From positions 1 to 26,955 of the IMG/VR virus record IMGVR_UViG_3300044657_001121: DNA of 26,955 nt. One strand, written 5' to 3'. Positions 1 through 9,531 of the stretch are shown here, piece by piece. The translations under genes were made by a program, and so were the position numbers. The notes under the pieces are model-generated. The model searched no databases. It saw only the letters and a list, made by a program, of their open reading frames with translations, and was not told where the DNA came from. The stretch is from a virus. Its lineage: Duplodnaviria; Caudoviricetes. Each line of letters begins with the position of its first letter. Positions within the stretch are counted from its first letter, which is position 1.

Positions 1-1021
1 CGTCTGGTATGACCTCAGCAAAGGCGCGGGCATGATTCCGTGGGACGCGGTTATCGGTTCCGGTACGAATCTCACGTTTCAGCCCGTTAGCGACACCACG
101 ACCACCACCGCAGCGACCGCAGCCACGTCCGGCTCGATTGCAACAACGACATTCACGGACACCACGCACGGAAGCGGACGCTTCACTGTCGGTATGGCGC
201 TAACCGGCACGGGCGTTGCGGCGGGTACTTACATCACTGCTCTAGGCACTGGTACAGGTTCAAACAACGGCGGCACCTACACGGTCAACATCTCGCAAAC
301 GGTCACGTCACAGACGATCACCGGCACCGCAACAGCGAGCTTCATGCAGCACGGCGGCAACGTGAGCGCAGCGGTAAAGCAACTGCTGAACGCAAGCGTT
401 GTGAGCGCGTCCGCTACTTCCGCGCCGTCGTTTTTCCAACTCGTTGACATCATCGGATTTATCCCGGTTTCGACAGTTACGCTCACCACCGCGCAAACCA
501 TTCTCGGCTCGCAGACTTACCCGCGATACGCAGACGGCAAAGGCGTTCAAGCCTTCATTGTGCCGGTCGTTGTCATGGGCGCGGGCACGCCTACGCTGAA
601 ACTCAGCTACACCAATCCAGCGAGCACCGCCGGACGCTTAACACCGGTCGCTCCATCGTTGCCAATTGCCAACACTGCCGCGCCGGTTGGACAGATTCTT
701 TACTCTGGTACGGGCGTGGGCAAATGCGGCCCCTTCATGCCGCTGCAAGGTGGCGACAACGGCATTCTCTCGATTCAAACGATTCAACAGAGTGCCACCA
801 TGACAAGCGGTGTTTACTGCATCGTGTTGTGCAAGCCGGTTGGGTTGCCGCTACCGCTCACAACGTTGGGCGTTCCCGGCGAACGTGATTACTTTAATCA
901 GTTGCCGTCTATGCCGATCATTCCCGATGGCGCGTGCCTGAGTTGGCTACAGCTTGCCGGTTCAGCGACGCCGGTTAACACGCCGTACAACTTCACGATT
1001 CAAAGCGTCTGGAAGGTCTAG
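1..1021 (+). CDS. Putative virion structural protein, 5'-truncated (Thr/Gly/Ala-rich, beta-rich)
   Basis: Frame is open from position 2 ([10 protein letters not shown]..) through the annotated ATG at 32; lies upstream of the head-tail connector; beta-strand T/G-rich composition. Confidence 0.6.
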   Translation, partial: VWYDLSKGAGMIPWDAVIGSGTNLTFQPVSDTTTTTAATAATSGSIATTTFTDTTHGSGRFTVGMALTGTGVAAGTYITALGTGTGSNNGGTYTVNISQTVTSQTITGTATASFMQHGGNVSAAVKQLLNASVVSASATSAPSFFQLVDIIGFIPVSTVTLTTAQTILGSQTYPRYADGKGVQAFIVPVVVMGAGTPTLKLSYTNPASTAGRLTPVAPSLPIANTAAPVGQILYSGTGVGKCGPFMPLQGGDNGILSIQTIQQSATMTSGVYCIVLCKPVGLPLPLTTLGVPGERDYFNQLPSMPIIPDGACLSWLQLAGSATPVNTPYNFTIQSVWKV

Positions 1022-1858
1022 ATGCTGCTCGGCAATTACTCGGTGCTGCACAAAAGCCCCGCGAAGTATTTGACCGGCACCGTAGGATTTAACGACCGCG
1101 CGAACTGGAACAAACCGGGCATGATGCGTAGTCGTGGCGCGGGCGTTGCAATGTTCGCATTCGACGCAGTGCCTGCTGGATTCATGGCGGGCAGGGCGTT
1201 CTTTGCGCCGCGCACCGCAGGCCGCGTCGTGACGCGTAACGCGTTCGCCGTTGATGGTGCTGCGGTGGGCGCAATGGGGTTGCCCGGTGCGGCTGTGGCC
1301 TCGTTTGCGATTGAAGGCGCAGCAATTGGCGGCTTGATCGCGGGCGGCGTGGCAAACGCAAGTTTCACGATAACCGGCACGGCAAGCATCGCCGGACTGG
1401 CAGCGGGTAGCGCGGCTGGCACGATCGCCGTGAATGCGTCTGCAATCGGTGGCGCGACAGCATGGGGTATTGCTTCCGGCACCATGACGGTTGCCGGATA
1501 TTGCCAGCCCTACGCACTCGGATACATGACCGCAACGACGGTAGACAGTTCGGCTTTAACGCCGGTTTCTGTCGCGTCGGCAGTGTGGGCGGCGAACGCA
1601 GCGACAAACAACGCCGTAGGTTCAATGGGCGAAAAGCTAAACGACGCAGGAAGCGCCGCGAACCCATGGACAGAGGTTATCGAATCTGGCTACACCGCCG
1701 CCGACATTTTGCGATTGCTCGCAAGTCACGCAGCGGGCATGGCGACGGGCTTGGAAGGCGCAACGCCGCGCTTCAAATCTCTCGACGGGACAAAGATTCG
1801 CATTGACGGAACTTACGCAGCTGGCGAGCGCGGAATCACAAGCTTAGACGCATCGTAA
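1022..1858 (+). CDS. Ala/Gly-rich putative virion structural protein
   Basis: 278 aa ORF abutting the previous stop; small-residue repeats; located in the head/neck module. Confidence 0.6.
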   Translation: MLLGNYSVLHKSPAKYLTGTVGFNDRANWNKPGMMRSRGAGVAMFAFDAVPAGFMAGRAFFAPRTAGRVVTRNAFAVDGAAVGAMGLPGAAVASFAIEGAAIGGLIAGGVANASFTITGTASIAGLAAGSAAGTIAVNASAIGGATAWGIASGTMTVAGYCQPYALGYMTATTVDSSALTPVSVASAVWAANAATNNAVGSMGEKLNDAGSAANPWTEVIESGYTAADILRLLASHAAGMATGLEGATPRFKSLDGTKIRIDGTYAAGERGITSLDAS

Positions 1859-2142
1859 TGCAAGGCAATTGGTTAGGCCGGTGGGCTGGCGAATGGTTCG
1901 GACGAGTTGCCGACGCAGTTGCAATCGTCATCGGTTCAAAGACCGGACGCGAGCAACCGAACGCAGACAGGCCCGGCCAAACGTCTAGCGACCGACAGCC
2001 ACAAATTTACACAGCGCGAACCGCAGAGCAATCCGCAGATCGCGCCGATACAGAGCAAGCAGACAGAGCATCGCAGGCGAGCGCGGCGCGCGTATTAGCG
2101 ACCGCCTCACCCCGCAACAACAAACAAACTTCACGCAGGTAA
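1858..2142 (+). CDS. Hypothetical protein (W/G-rich N-terminus, Q/R/A low-complexity tail)
   Basis: TAATG coupling to the upstream gene; fills the gap to the connector gene. Confidence 0.55.
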   Translation: MQGNWLGRWAGEWFGRVADAVAIVIGSKTGREQPNADRPGQTSSDRQPQIYTARTAEQSADRADTEQADRASQASAARVLATASPRNNKQTSRR

Positions 2143-2145
2143 ACA

Positions 2146-2700
2146 ATGGGCTGGAAAGTCATCACGCCACCGACAGAGCCGGTGACGCTGGCAGACGCGC
2201 GCCTGCATTTACGCGTTACTGATACCGCAGAAGATGCGCTGATTAGCGCGCTCATCACTGCGGCGCGTGAGTATTGCGAGCACTACCTGCAACGCGCGGT
2301 AGGTGCGCAAACGCTGGAACTCGCGCTAGACGAATTTCCCGAAGGCCCGATTGAATTGCCAATGGGGCCGGTCGCATCGATAACCTCGATTAAGTACATC
2401 GACGCGAATCAGGCAGAACAAACGCTGTCCGGTTCCGCGTACACACTAGACGACTATTCCGAAAAGTCGTGGGCGATTCCTGCTTACGATACGGAATGGC
2501 CTGAAACGCTAGAAGCCGCAAACGTGGTGAAGGTGCGTTATGTCGCAGGCTCAACGCCTAGTGCGGTCATCGCCGCGATGAAACTCATCATCGGGCACCT
2601 CTACGAAAACCGCGAGCAATCGATTGTCGGCGTGTCGATTACCGAGCTTCCGCTAGGCGTGAAGGCGTTGCTCGACACTAAACGGATTTGGTCATTGTGA
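2146..2700 (+). CDS. Head-tail connector protein (phiE125 gp8 / gp6-like)
   Basis: PTEPVTLADARLHLRV..ED.LI..LI.AARE.CE and AMKLIIGHLYENRE motifs. Confidence 0.9.
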   Translation: MGWKVITPPTEPVTLADARLHLRVTDTAEDALISALITAAREYCEHYLQRAVGAQTLELALDEFPEGPIELPMGPVASITSIKYIDANQAEQTLSGSAYTLDDYSEKSWAIPAYDTEWPETLEAANVVKVRYVAGSTPSAVIAAMKLIIGHLYENREQSIVGVSITELPLGVKALLDTKRIWSL

Positions 2701-3026
2701 GAGCGGGACGGCTGCGCAACCTCGTCACGATAGAGCGCAAGACAAGCGCGCGTGATGACGACGGCGGCGAGCGTGTTACATGGGCAACGCTCGTGAGCGT
2801 GTGGGCAGCAATAGAACCGCTAAACGGCAAAGAGTTTTTAGGTAGCGAGCAAACGCAATCCGAGGTAACCGGGAAAATCGTCATGCGCTACCCGGTAGAC
2901 GTTAAGCCGCAAGACCGCATTACCTACGGCGGTAAGACTTACGCCGTGCATGCTTTGCTGCAAACGCGCCTTGACCGCCGTGAAGTGGTGGCGCTGGTTT
3001 CTGAGGGCGTACACGATGGCCGCTAG
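2697..3026 (+). CDS. Head closure / head-tail joining protein (SPP1 gp16-like)
   Basis: RAGRLRNLVTIE..W..VWAAIEPL.GKE motif; GTGA overlap with the connector gene. Confidence 0.9.
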   Translation: MRAGRLRNLVTIERKTSARDDDGGERVTWATLVSVWAAIEPLNGKEFLGSEQTQSEVTGKIVMRYPVDVKPQDRITYGGKTYAVHALLQTRLDRREVVALVSEGVHDGR

Positions 3027-3444
3027 TTTCAAGATTGAGGGCGGCGCTGATTTGTCGCGTCGTTTACTTGAACTCAACGACAAATTGCAGAAGAAGATTT
3101 TGCGCTCGGCTGTTGTTGCCGGTGCGCAGGTTGTCAAAAAGCGCGCAAAGCAGATCGCTGCAGACAAAAGACTCCGTGATACTGGCGCGCTGATTCGCAA
3201 CATCGCGGGCAAGGTTGAAAAACAACGCTCGCCCGAATACGTGCAAATCAACATCGGCGTTCGTCACGGCAAGCCGGACCCAAAAGCAAAACGTCAAGAC
3301 GATCCGTTTTACTGGTGGCAGCATGAATTTGGCAATAGCAAGATGGCCGCGCGTCCTTTCTTGACGCCCGCATTTGAGGAAACAAAAGAGGATGTGCTTG
3401 ACGCAATGGTGGATCGCGTGAAGAAGGGGCTAGAGAATGCTTGA
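3016..3444 (+). CDS. HK97 gp10-family tail component
   Basis: DTGAL.RNI and PFYWW..EFGNSKMAARPFLTPAFE motifs; start placed at ATG 3016. Confidence 0.9.
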   Translation: MAASFKIEGGADLSRRLLELNDKLQKKILRSAVVAGAQVVKKRAKQIAADKRLRDTGALIRNIAGKVEKQRSPEYVQINIGVRHGKPDPKAKRQDDPFYWWQHEFGNSKMAARPFLTPAFEETKEDVLDAMVDRVKKGLENA

Positions 3445-3790
3445 AACATCGCTCTACACGCTTCTATCGCCGCTTGTGAGCGGTAAGGCATACCCGCTTG
3501 TTGCGAAGCAAGGCGACACCGCGCCGTTCATTGTGTTTAGCGCGGTTTCAGCCGTGCAGGATGTTTCCATTTGTGGTTCAACGCGCGACGCTGACCGGCT
3601 TTTTCAGGTCGATTGCTACCACACGAACCACAAAGACATGTGCACCTTGCGCGAGGCAACTATCGCCGCGCTGCAAGGCTCATCAATTATCGAAGCCGTC
3701 GAAAGCTTCGCCACGGACTACGAACCCGACACAAAGCTCTTCAGGGCATTGATTCAGGTTCGATGTTGGGAAAACGCCGCGAGCGTTTAG
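3437..3790 (+). CDS. Tail terminator / completion protein (DUF3168-like)
   Basis: YPLVA....PFIVF..VS, FQVDCY and DYEPDTKLFR motifs; synteny before the major tail gene. Confidence 0.85.
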   Translation: MLETSLYTLLSPLVSGKAYPLVAKQGDTAPFIVFSAVSAVQDVSICGSTRDADRLFQVDCYHTNHKDMCTLREATIAALQGSSIIEAVESFATDYEPDTKLFRALIQVRCWENAASV

Positions 3791-3810
3791 TTACTTAGTC
3801 ACAAAAACCA

Positions 3811-3833
3811 GACCCGCTACGGCGGGTTTTTTT
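3811..3833 (+). terminator. Intrinsic terminator-like hairpin upstream of the major tail gene
   Basis: ACCCGC-TACG-GCGGGT followed by a T run. Confidence 0.8.
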
Positions 3834-3853
3834 ATTCCTGAAAGGAAACAATC

Positions 3854-4504
3854 ATGGCATCAGCCACACGCTTCGCGGGTTCCGAACTCTGGATTCCCGT
3901 CACCAAACCAGCAACCAAAACGATCACCGCTGTAACGAAGGCTAACCCCGCCGTTGTGTCGGTAGCATCTCACGGCTTCGCCGCTGGTGACATCGTCTAT
4001 ATCGGCGCAGTAACGGGTATGCCTGAATTCGTTGCGGGTTGGTATTGGGTAGGCGCACCGGCGGCGGGAACCTTCACAATCAACCTCGACACGACAGGCT
4101 ATGTAGCAGCAGGCACGGGCGGTAGCGTTCAGCCGTACACATGGCAGAAGATGTGTGAAGCCAAAAACTTCAACAGCACGAACCCTGCACGGCCTGAAAT
4201 CGACAGCACCGGTATGTGTGACAGTGTGTCTACCTTTGAAGCTGGCGTAGGCGGTTTGGGTTCAATCTCGATTAGTGGCAACCAACTGCCACAAGGCGTA
4301 GTGCAAAAAGCACTTCGCGGCTACGAAGCAACGGGCGAAACGTTCCCGGTAAAGGTCAACTTTCCAACGCCCGCAACCAACGGCGCTTACTACGTGCCAG
4401 TGTTCGTTCAGAACTTCAACTGGCAGGGCGCGGTTAATGGCATTTGGACGCTTGACGGCTCGCTGAAAAAAGCGGCTGCAGAAGTGTTTTTTATTCCGGC
4501 TTAA
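3854..4504 (+). CDS. Major tail tube protein
   Basis: SD AAGGA; TITAVTKANPAVV..SHG..GD.V N-terminal domain; EIDST tube-protein motif; directly precedes the chaperones and tape measure. Confidence 0.85.
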   Translation: MASATRFAGSELWIPVTKPATKTITAVTKANPAVVSVASHGFAAGDIVYIGAVTGMPEFVAGWYWVGAPAAGTFTINLDTTGYVAAGTGGSVQPYTWQKMCEAKNFNSTNPARPEIDSTGMCDSVSTFEAGVGGLGSISISGNQLPQGVVQKALRGYEATGETFPVKVNFPTPATNGAYYVPVFVQNFNWQGAVNGIWTLDGSLKKAAAEVFFIPA

Positions 4505-4518
4505 TCGCCGATTCTCAC

Positions 4519-4539
4519 GCCGCCTTCGGGCGGCTTTTT
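4519..4539 (+). terminator. Intrinsic terminator after the major tail gene
   Basis: GCCGCC-TTCG-GGCGGC (cUUCGg tetraloop) followed by TTTTT. Confidence 0.85.
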
Positions 4540-4557
4540 ACCTTCTAAGGAAATCGA

Positions 4558-4872
4558 ATGAGCGACATTCGCAAAGCAATTCACGCCCGTATCAGCGAAG
4601 GGCCACGCAAAGAAATCATCGAAGGACTCGACACGCCTGTGTACTTCCGGCGCATGCGCATGGATGACTACATCGCGATTCGGGAACTCAACGAACTTGA
4701 CGAAGCGGGCAAGGCTAAAGCGCTACCACGCATTCTTGCAACGCTGCTGTGTGATGAAAGCGGTAAAGCCGTTTACGACGCAGCCAACGAAGACGACATG
4801 AACGAACTCGGCGCGCTCGATTTATCGATGCTCGTCAAACTCAACGAGGCTCTTAACAAAAGCCCAAACTAG
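4558..4872 (+). CDS. Tail assembly chaperone (lambda gpG equivalent)
   Basis: Between the tail tube and tape measure genes; LCDE.GK.VY motif; ends at a slippery site. Confidence 0.85.
   Translation: MSDIRKAIHARISEGPRKEIIEGLDTPVYFRRMRMDDYIAIRELNELDEAGKAKALPRILATLLCDESGKAVYDAANEDDMNELGALDLSMLVKLNEALNKSPN
4863..4869 (+). other. Programmed -1 ribosomal frameshift slippery site C CCA AAC
   Basis: X XXY YYZ heptamer in frame just before the TAG; the -1 frame is open and in frame with ORF 4893-5186. Confidence 0.85.
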
Positions 4873-5186
4873 CACCGGCACTCCGCGAGTGCATGCGTCT
4901 AGCGTTGTCGCTCCGCATGCCGCTTGCAGAACTCGCGGAAATGCCGGGGCACGAGTTTGAACTTTGGGCCGAATACATGCGCACCGAACCAATCGGACAG
5001 CGCAGAGACGACATGAATTTCGCGCTACTCCGCATGCAAATCGCGGGCATAGCAGGCGCGAAAAACCAACATATCGATGACTACTTGATTCCGTGGGGAG
5101 AACAACCCGAAGCGGAAGAAATACCCGTTGCCGATGACCCCGCTTTCTACCGAGAGCAATTCCAAAAAATGGTGAATGGTGAATAA
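4863..5186 (+). CDS. Tail assembly chaperone C-terminal part (gpT equivalent, read by -1 frameshift)
   Basis: RLALSL...LAEL..M...EF..W.EY...EP.G motif typical of gpT-like ORFs. Confidence 0.8.
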   Translation, partial: PKLAPALRECMRLALSLRMPLAELAEMPGHEFELWAEYMRTEPIGQRRDDMNFALLRMQIAGIAGAKNQHIDDYLIPWGEQPEAEEIPVADDPAFYREQFQKMVNGE

Positions 5187-5189
5187 CGA

Positions 5190-8100
5190 ATGGCTGCACT
5201 AGGTCGCTTAGTCGCTGAACTCGCGCTTGATTCTGCGCAGTTCACCGAAGGCTTAAAACGCGCTGAAAAAGGCTTTGCCGATTTTGAGCGCTCACTAGGC
5301 AAAGCGGCGACCGGTGCGCTCACGTCTTTTGCGGGGCAACTACTCGCCATAGAGACGGCTTCGCGCGTTGCTGACGCTGCTATCAAGTCATTCACCGAAA
5401 CCGTTAAAGGGCTGGCCGCTCTAGACGACGCCGCAGAGAAAACCGGCGCTACCGTTGAATCGCTCGCAAAGCTACAGGCGCAAGCGAAGATCAGCGGGCA
5501 AGCGTTTGAAGGCATCGAATCCGCGCTGATAAAACTCAACAAAGGGCTGTCAGGCTCTGAGGATGAGACGAAAGGTGCGGGCAAGGCGCTTGAGTTTTTG
5601 GGCATCAAAGCCAAAGACGCACAGGGAAACTTGCGCGACTCTGGCGAGATCACGTTAGAGGTCGCTAAGAAGCTGTCAGAGTTCAGCGACAAGGGGCCGG
5701 GTAAAGCCGCGCTTGCTATGGATTTGTTCGGCAAGTCCGGCGCGCAGTTGTTGCCGTTGTTTAAGGACATGGCGAGCAACGCGCAAGAGCTTGAGAGCAT
5801 CTTTGTCGGCAACACGGAAGCCGCTGACGAATACGAAAAAGCGATGGCGCGGCTTGCCCTGCAAAGCGAGCAATTGCGCCGTGTTGTTGTGTCGGAAATC
5901 CTACCGGCAATCAACGACTTTCTAACCGCGATCCTGAACCTTAAAAAAGATGGTGACGGGCTACAGAAAACAATCGCTGACTTAGCCGCTGACGGCTCGC
6001 TAGCGAAGTGGGCGCGCGAGGCGACTATTGCAATAGGCCAAACGATTGATTCAATCGTTGTCGGCATCAACCAATTCCGAGCGCTGCATTTAGAGGTTGC
6101 TGCACTCGCACAGGGCGCGAAGGGCGCGCTCGATTTATTGGCTGCTGGTGCCGCGCGCGCGGCTGGCGATTACGGTTCATCCCTTAAATTGTTTGCGGAG
6201 GCTGACGACCGCTTTGCGAAGGCGCGCGAGCTATCCGCAAAAGCAAGCGAATTGGCCGCTACCAAATACAGCGTTTACACGACTGCGATCAGCCAACAGG
6301 CGGGCGTGTTTGATGATGCGCGCGACCGTGCGTTGAAAGGTGCGGCGGCGACGGAAGAAATATCAAAGAAAACCGCCGAATACACGACAACAGCAACCGG
6401 CGCAAAAGACGCCGCTGACAAGTTCGCCAAGTCACTAGCCGACTTGCTCGATAAGCTGGAATCTAAAGGCAGCGGGCAAGACGCATCGTTCTACAAAGAC
6501 ACGCGTTTACTCGACGAAGCGCTCGCAAAAGGCAAGATCACACTAGATCGCTACTTCACCGCGCTCGATACGATTTTCAAGCATAGCCCCGGCTACATCG
6601 CAGAGACTAAACGGTTAGAGGAGGCAACCCGCGAATTAGCGAAAGCAGCCGAAGCCGAATATCAGGCCGCACTTAAGAATTACGATGTCGCGCGCATGAC
6701 AGAAGATGTCTACGGCGACTTGTGGGCTTCGATGCAGAAACAGCTAGAAGCCACGAATCAAGAGCTTGCGCTTGCAGGGTTGACCGGCGCGGCGCGCGAG
6801 AAAAAGCTTGTCGATATGAAGCTTGAGATTGCGCTGACGCAAAAGCTGACCGACGCAGAGATTCAGGCGCTAGACGCTCAAGCGCAAAAGCTCAAGGCTG
6901 CGATTGACAACAAAGCAGCCGCAGAAGATTCGCTCAAGTTCTTGGAAGAGCAAGCCAAAGCCACAGAGCAAATATCGAAAGGCTTTGAAGATTTCTTTGT
7001 TGACCTGTTCAACAACGGGCGTGATGCATTCTCGAATCTCGGCAACACGATAAAGCAGTTTTTCACGAAACTTGCTGCGCAGTTCGCAACAAAGTTTGTT
7101 CTGAACATCGTAGTGGGTGGCGCGTCTGGCGGTATCGGCGGCATTGCTAGCGCGCTCGGTTTGGGTGGCGGCGATTCATCCGGCGGCCTAGACATTGGCG
7201 GCATTGCCGGCATTGGCGGCTTATTGGGTGTCGGTTCGTCCCTATTGGGCGGCACCGGCCTTGCGGCTGCTGGCGGCGTGTTTAGCTCCGTCCTAGCGGG
7301 CACGGGTTCAATCTTGCAAGGGCTTACCGCTGGCCTCTCTGCACTCACGGGCGGCGCTACGGCGTTCCTTGGTGTGCTCGGCCCTATCGGCTTGGCTGTG
7401 GGTGCGATCGCCGCGCTGTGGAAGGCGTTTGCCGCTGACGAAAAGGGCTTTAAGTTCGATAACTCGCTACTAACTGGCGACAACCGAAAAGGCATCATTT
7501 CTTCATCGCTCGGCGACTTCGACTTTGCGGGCGATTTCGAGAACAAACTCGTTGAACCGTTCATTTCTGCGATCAACCGCATTGACGACGTTTTCGCTAA
7601 AGACCTGTTCAACGCGCAAACGCTTGCGGACGTCAAAGACCAAATTCAGAACCTTGTAAACCCCAATTGGTACGGCGGCAATTCCGAGGAAGAGATTAAG
7701 GCCAATATCGAGGCCGCGTCTAAGCAGTTCCTACAGGCGCGCTACGGCGTTGCGTTCGACGCGTTAGAAGCGGGAGCGGGTAACCTCATTCGCAGCTTTG
7801 CCGGTACAGCCGACGAATTGATTCAGTACATCGTCAAGTTGCAAGGTGCTGCGGTCGCAATCGAAAAGCTGAACAAGATTGTCCCCGGCCTGAATCTCTC
7901 GCTCGCGGGGTTCGCTGCGCTGTCTGATTCAGCGCGTGAAGCGGTTGCGGTGCTCGCTGTATCAATTGAAGCGTTCAGCACCGACACCAGCAAAGCGGTT
8001 GAAGATTACATAGAGGCGAGCACACGCGGCGTTGTGGCGTCCTACGAATTGCAGGCGGCAAAGCTCGCGGAAATGCGCGACCAATTAGCCGACGGCACTA

Positions 8101-8672
8101 TCGGCATTGAGACGTTTGCAAGCGGCATTACCGCGCTTGCCACGGCCTACGCATCAGCGACCGCGAAGATTGCAGAGACTAAAAGCGCGCTCGCTGAATT
8201 GTTCGGCAACACGCAAGAAGGTTTCTTCCTGCAAACGTTGGGTGTCGAACAGAAATACAAATACTTTCAAGACCAAGCCGACGCGCTTTTTGCTGCGTTG
8301 GGTGCTGCGACCGACCCAGAAACGATTGACCGCCTCGCGCGCCAAATCGACGCACTACAAAACAGCGCATTCGGCCTATTGTCTGATGCGGACAAAACGG
8401 CGCTATCGGGTCAATTCATCAGCGGAAGCAAAGCGGTTGAAGAACTTGTGCTGCAACGCTTGCAAGCCGCTGGCGATGCGCTGGACAAGCAAAACAACAA
8501 CCTGAAAACCGTCATCTCTGATGCGCTCGCAGACTTCGCGGCACAGATTAAAGAGACGGCTGATTTAGATCGTGAGACAGCGCTGATTGACCGTGACACC
8601 GCGTTGACTCCACGTCAGTTGGAAATCACCGTCAAGAACGACGGGAACGTGGAAGTGCGGGGCAACGTATGA
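5190..8672 (+). CDS. Tail tape measure protein
   Basis: 1160 aa, Ala-rich helical; LG.LV.EL.LDSAQF N-terminus; AMDLFGKSG.QLLP motif; Gly-rich hydrophobic segment. Confidence 0.95.
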   Translation: MAALGRLVAELALDSAQFTEGLKRAEKGFADFERSLGKAATGALTSFAGQLLAIETASRVADAAIKSFTETVKGLAALDDAAEKTGATVESLAKLQAQAKISGQAFEGIESALIKLNKGLSGSEDETKGAGKALEFLGIKAKDAQGNLRDSGEITLEVAKKLSEFSDKGPGKAALAMDLFGKSGAQLLPLFKDMASNAQELESIFVGNTEAADEYEKAMARLALQSEQLRRVVVSEILPAINDFLTAILNLKKDGDGLQKTIADLAADGSLAKWAREATIAIGQTIDSIVVGINQFRALHLEVAALAQGAKGALDLLAAGAARAAGDYGSSLKLFAEADDRFAKARELSAKASELAATKYSVYTTAISQQAGVFDDARDRALKGAAATEEISKKTAEYTTTATGAKDAADKFAKSLADLLDKLESKGSGQDASFYKDTRLLDEALAKGKITLDRYFTALDTIFKHSPGYIAETKRLEEATRELAKAAEAEYQAALKNYDVARMTEDVYGDLWASMQKQLEATNQELALAGLTGAAREKKLVDMKLEIALTQKLTDAEIQALDAQAQKLKAAIDNKAAAEDSLKFLEEQAKATEQISKGFEDFFVDLFNNGRDAFSNLGNTIKQFFTKLAAQFATKFVLNIVVGGASGGIGGIASALGLGGGDSSGGLDIGGIAGIGGLLGVGSSLLGGTGLAAAGGVFSSVLAGTGSILQGLTAGLSALTGGATAFLGVLGPIGLAVGAIAALWKAFAADEKGFKFDNSLLTGDNRKGIISSSLGDFDFAGDFENKLVEPFISAINRIDDVFAKDLFNAQTLADVKDQIQNLVNPNWYGGNSEEEIKANIEAASKQFLQARYGVAFDALEAGAGNLIRSFAGTADELIQYIVKLQGAAVAIEKLNKIVPGLNLSLAGFAALSDSAREAVAVLAVSIEAFSTDTSKAVEDYIEASTRGVVASYELQAAKLAEMRDQLADGTIGIETFASGITALATAYASATAKIAETKSALAELFGNTQEGFFLQTLGVEQKYKYFQDQADALFAALGAATDPETIDRLARQIDALQNSAFGLLSDADKTALSGQFISGSKAVEELVLQRLQAAGDALDKQNNNLKTVISDALADFAAQIKETADLDRETALIDRDTALTPRQLEITVKNDGNVEVRGNV

Positions 8673-9196
8673 GAAGCCTCTCAAGCCCAACACTAACCGC
8701 AACCGTTCAGACCATCACGGAACCGCGCTGGTTTTTGGAGTTAGGTTTCTCGACAACGATTCGCCTTTCGACTAACGGCGCGATGATGTGGAATTCGCAG
8801 TCGTGGGCAGACGGCGCGTTCACTGTTTCCGGTTTGACATGGGGCAACTCAATAGACCAATCGGTAAGCATCAATTTTGATGACGCTGACAACGTAATCG
8901 CCGCGTTCGTCCTGAATGAAGAAATCGCAGACCGCACTTGCAAGCTCTGGATTTTTGACGCTAAGGCTACGGCTACCGGCGATCCGGTGCTCGTATTCGA
9001 TGGCGTGTGCGATTCAGCCAACGGCGGCAACGGCGCATTGAAGCTAACGGCGAAACGCCTGAATAGCAAGACCGTTGAAATCCCGCGCGGCACTTACTCC
9101 ACGTCGTTACCCGCTGAACTGTTCGCGCCTGCTGGCACGGTCATTCAATGGGGTAACGGCACGATTGTTCTTAACCCGCGTTCGGAGTTGACGTAA
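8669..9196 (+). CDS. Minor tail protein (gpL/hub-like)
   Basis: ATGA overlap with the tape measure gene; DPVLVFDG.CD and C-terminal WG motifs seen in siphophage hub proteins. Confidence 0.55.
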   Translation: MRSLSSPTLTATVQTITEPRWFLELGFSTTIRLSTNGAMMWNSQSWADGAFTVSGLTWGNSIDQSVSINFDDADNVIAAFVLNEEIADRTCKLWIFDAKATATGDPVLVFDGVCDSANGGNGALKLTAKRLNSKTVEIPRGTYSTSLPAELFAPAGTVIQWGNGTIVLNPRSELT

Positions 9197-9531
9197 TGGC
9201 CACCTACCCTATGCCCAAATGTGGCTTAACCGTAGGCTCGGACGTTGAAACGCTTGACGCGCTGAAACTGTCGCGCACCGAAGCTGGAACGCTTCGCGGC
9301 GTGTCGTTATGGCCTACGCCAAAAAAGCGCTACACACTGATTCATGCCGCTTGCTCTGTCGCAGAAGCCGACGCATTAGATGCGAGCTACGCAACCAACC
9401 GCGCGAGCGCTACCGTTGATTTTACTTGGAAGGAATCAGGCACAACGGTTACGGCTCGGTGGGTATCCGTTAAACGTCGCGCAATCGGTAAGTTCCGCGT
9501 GTCGGTTCAGTCGGTTCTGGAAACGGTATGA
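9196..9531 (+). CDS. Minor tail protein (distal tail / gpM-like)
   Basis: 111 aa; TEAGT.R, FTW and C-terminal ETV pattern resemble gpM-like Dit proteins. Confidence 0.5.
   Translation: MATYPMPKCGLTVGSDVETLDALKLSRTEAGTLRGVSLWPTPKKRYTLIHAACSVAEADALDASYATNRASATVDFTWKESGTTVTARWVSVKRRAIGKFRVSVQSVLETV

Noticed and set aside
5147-7636. Long antisense ORFs (307 aa, 252 aa) opposite the tape measure gene
   Set aside because: Shadow ORFs typical of GC-rich, Ala-rich genes; no motifs
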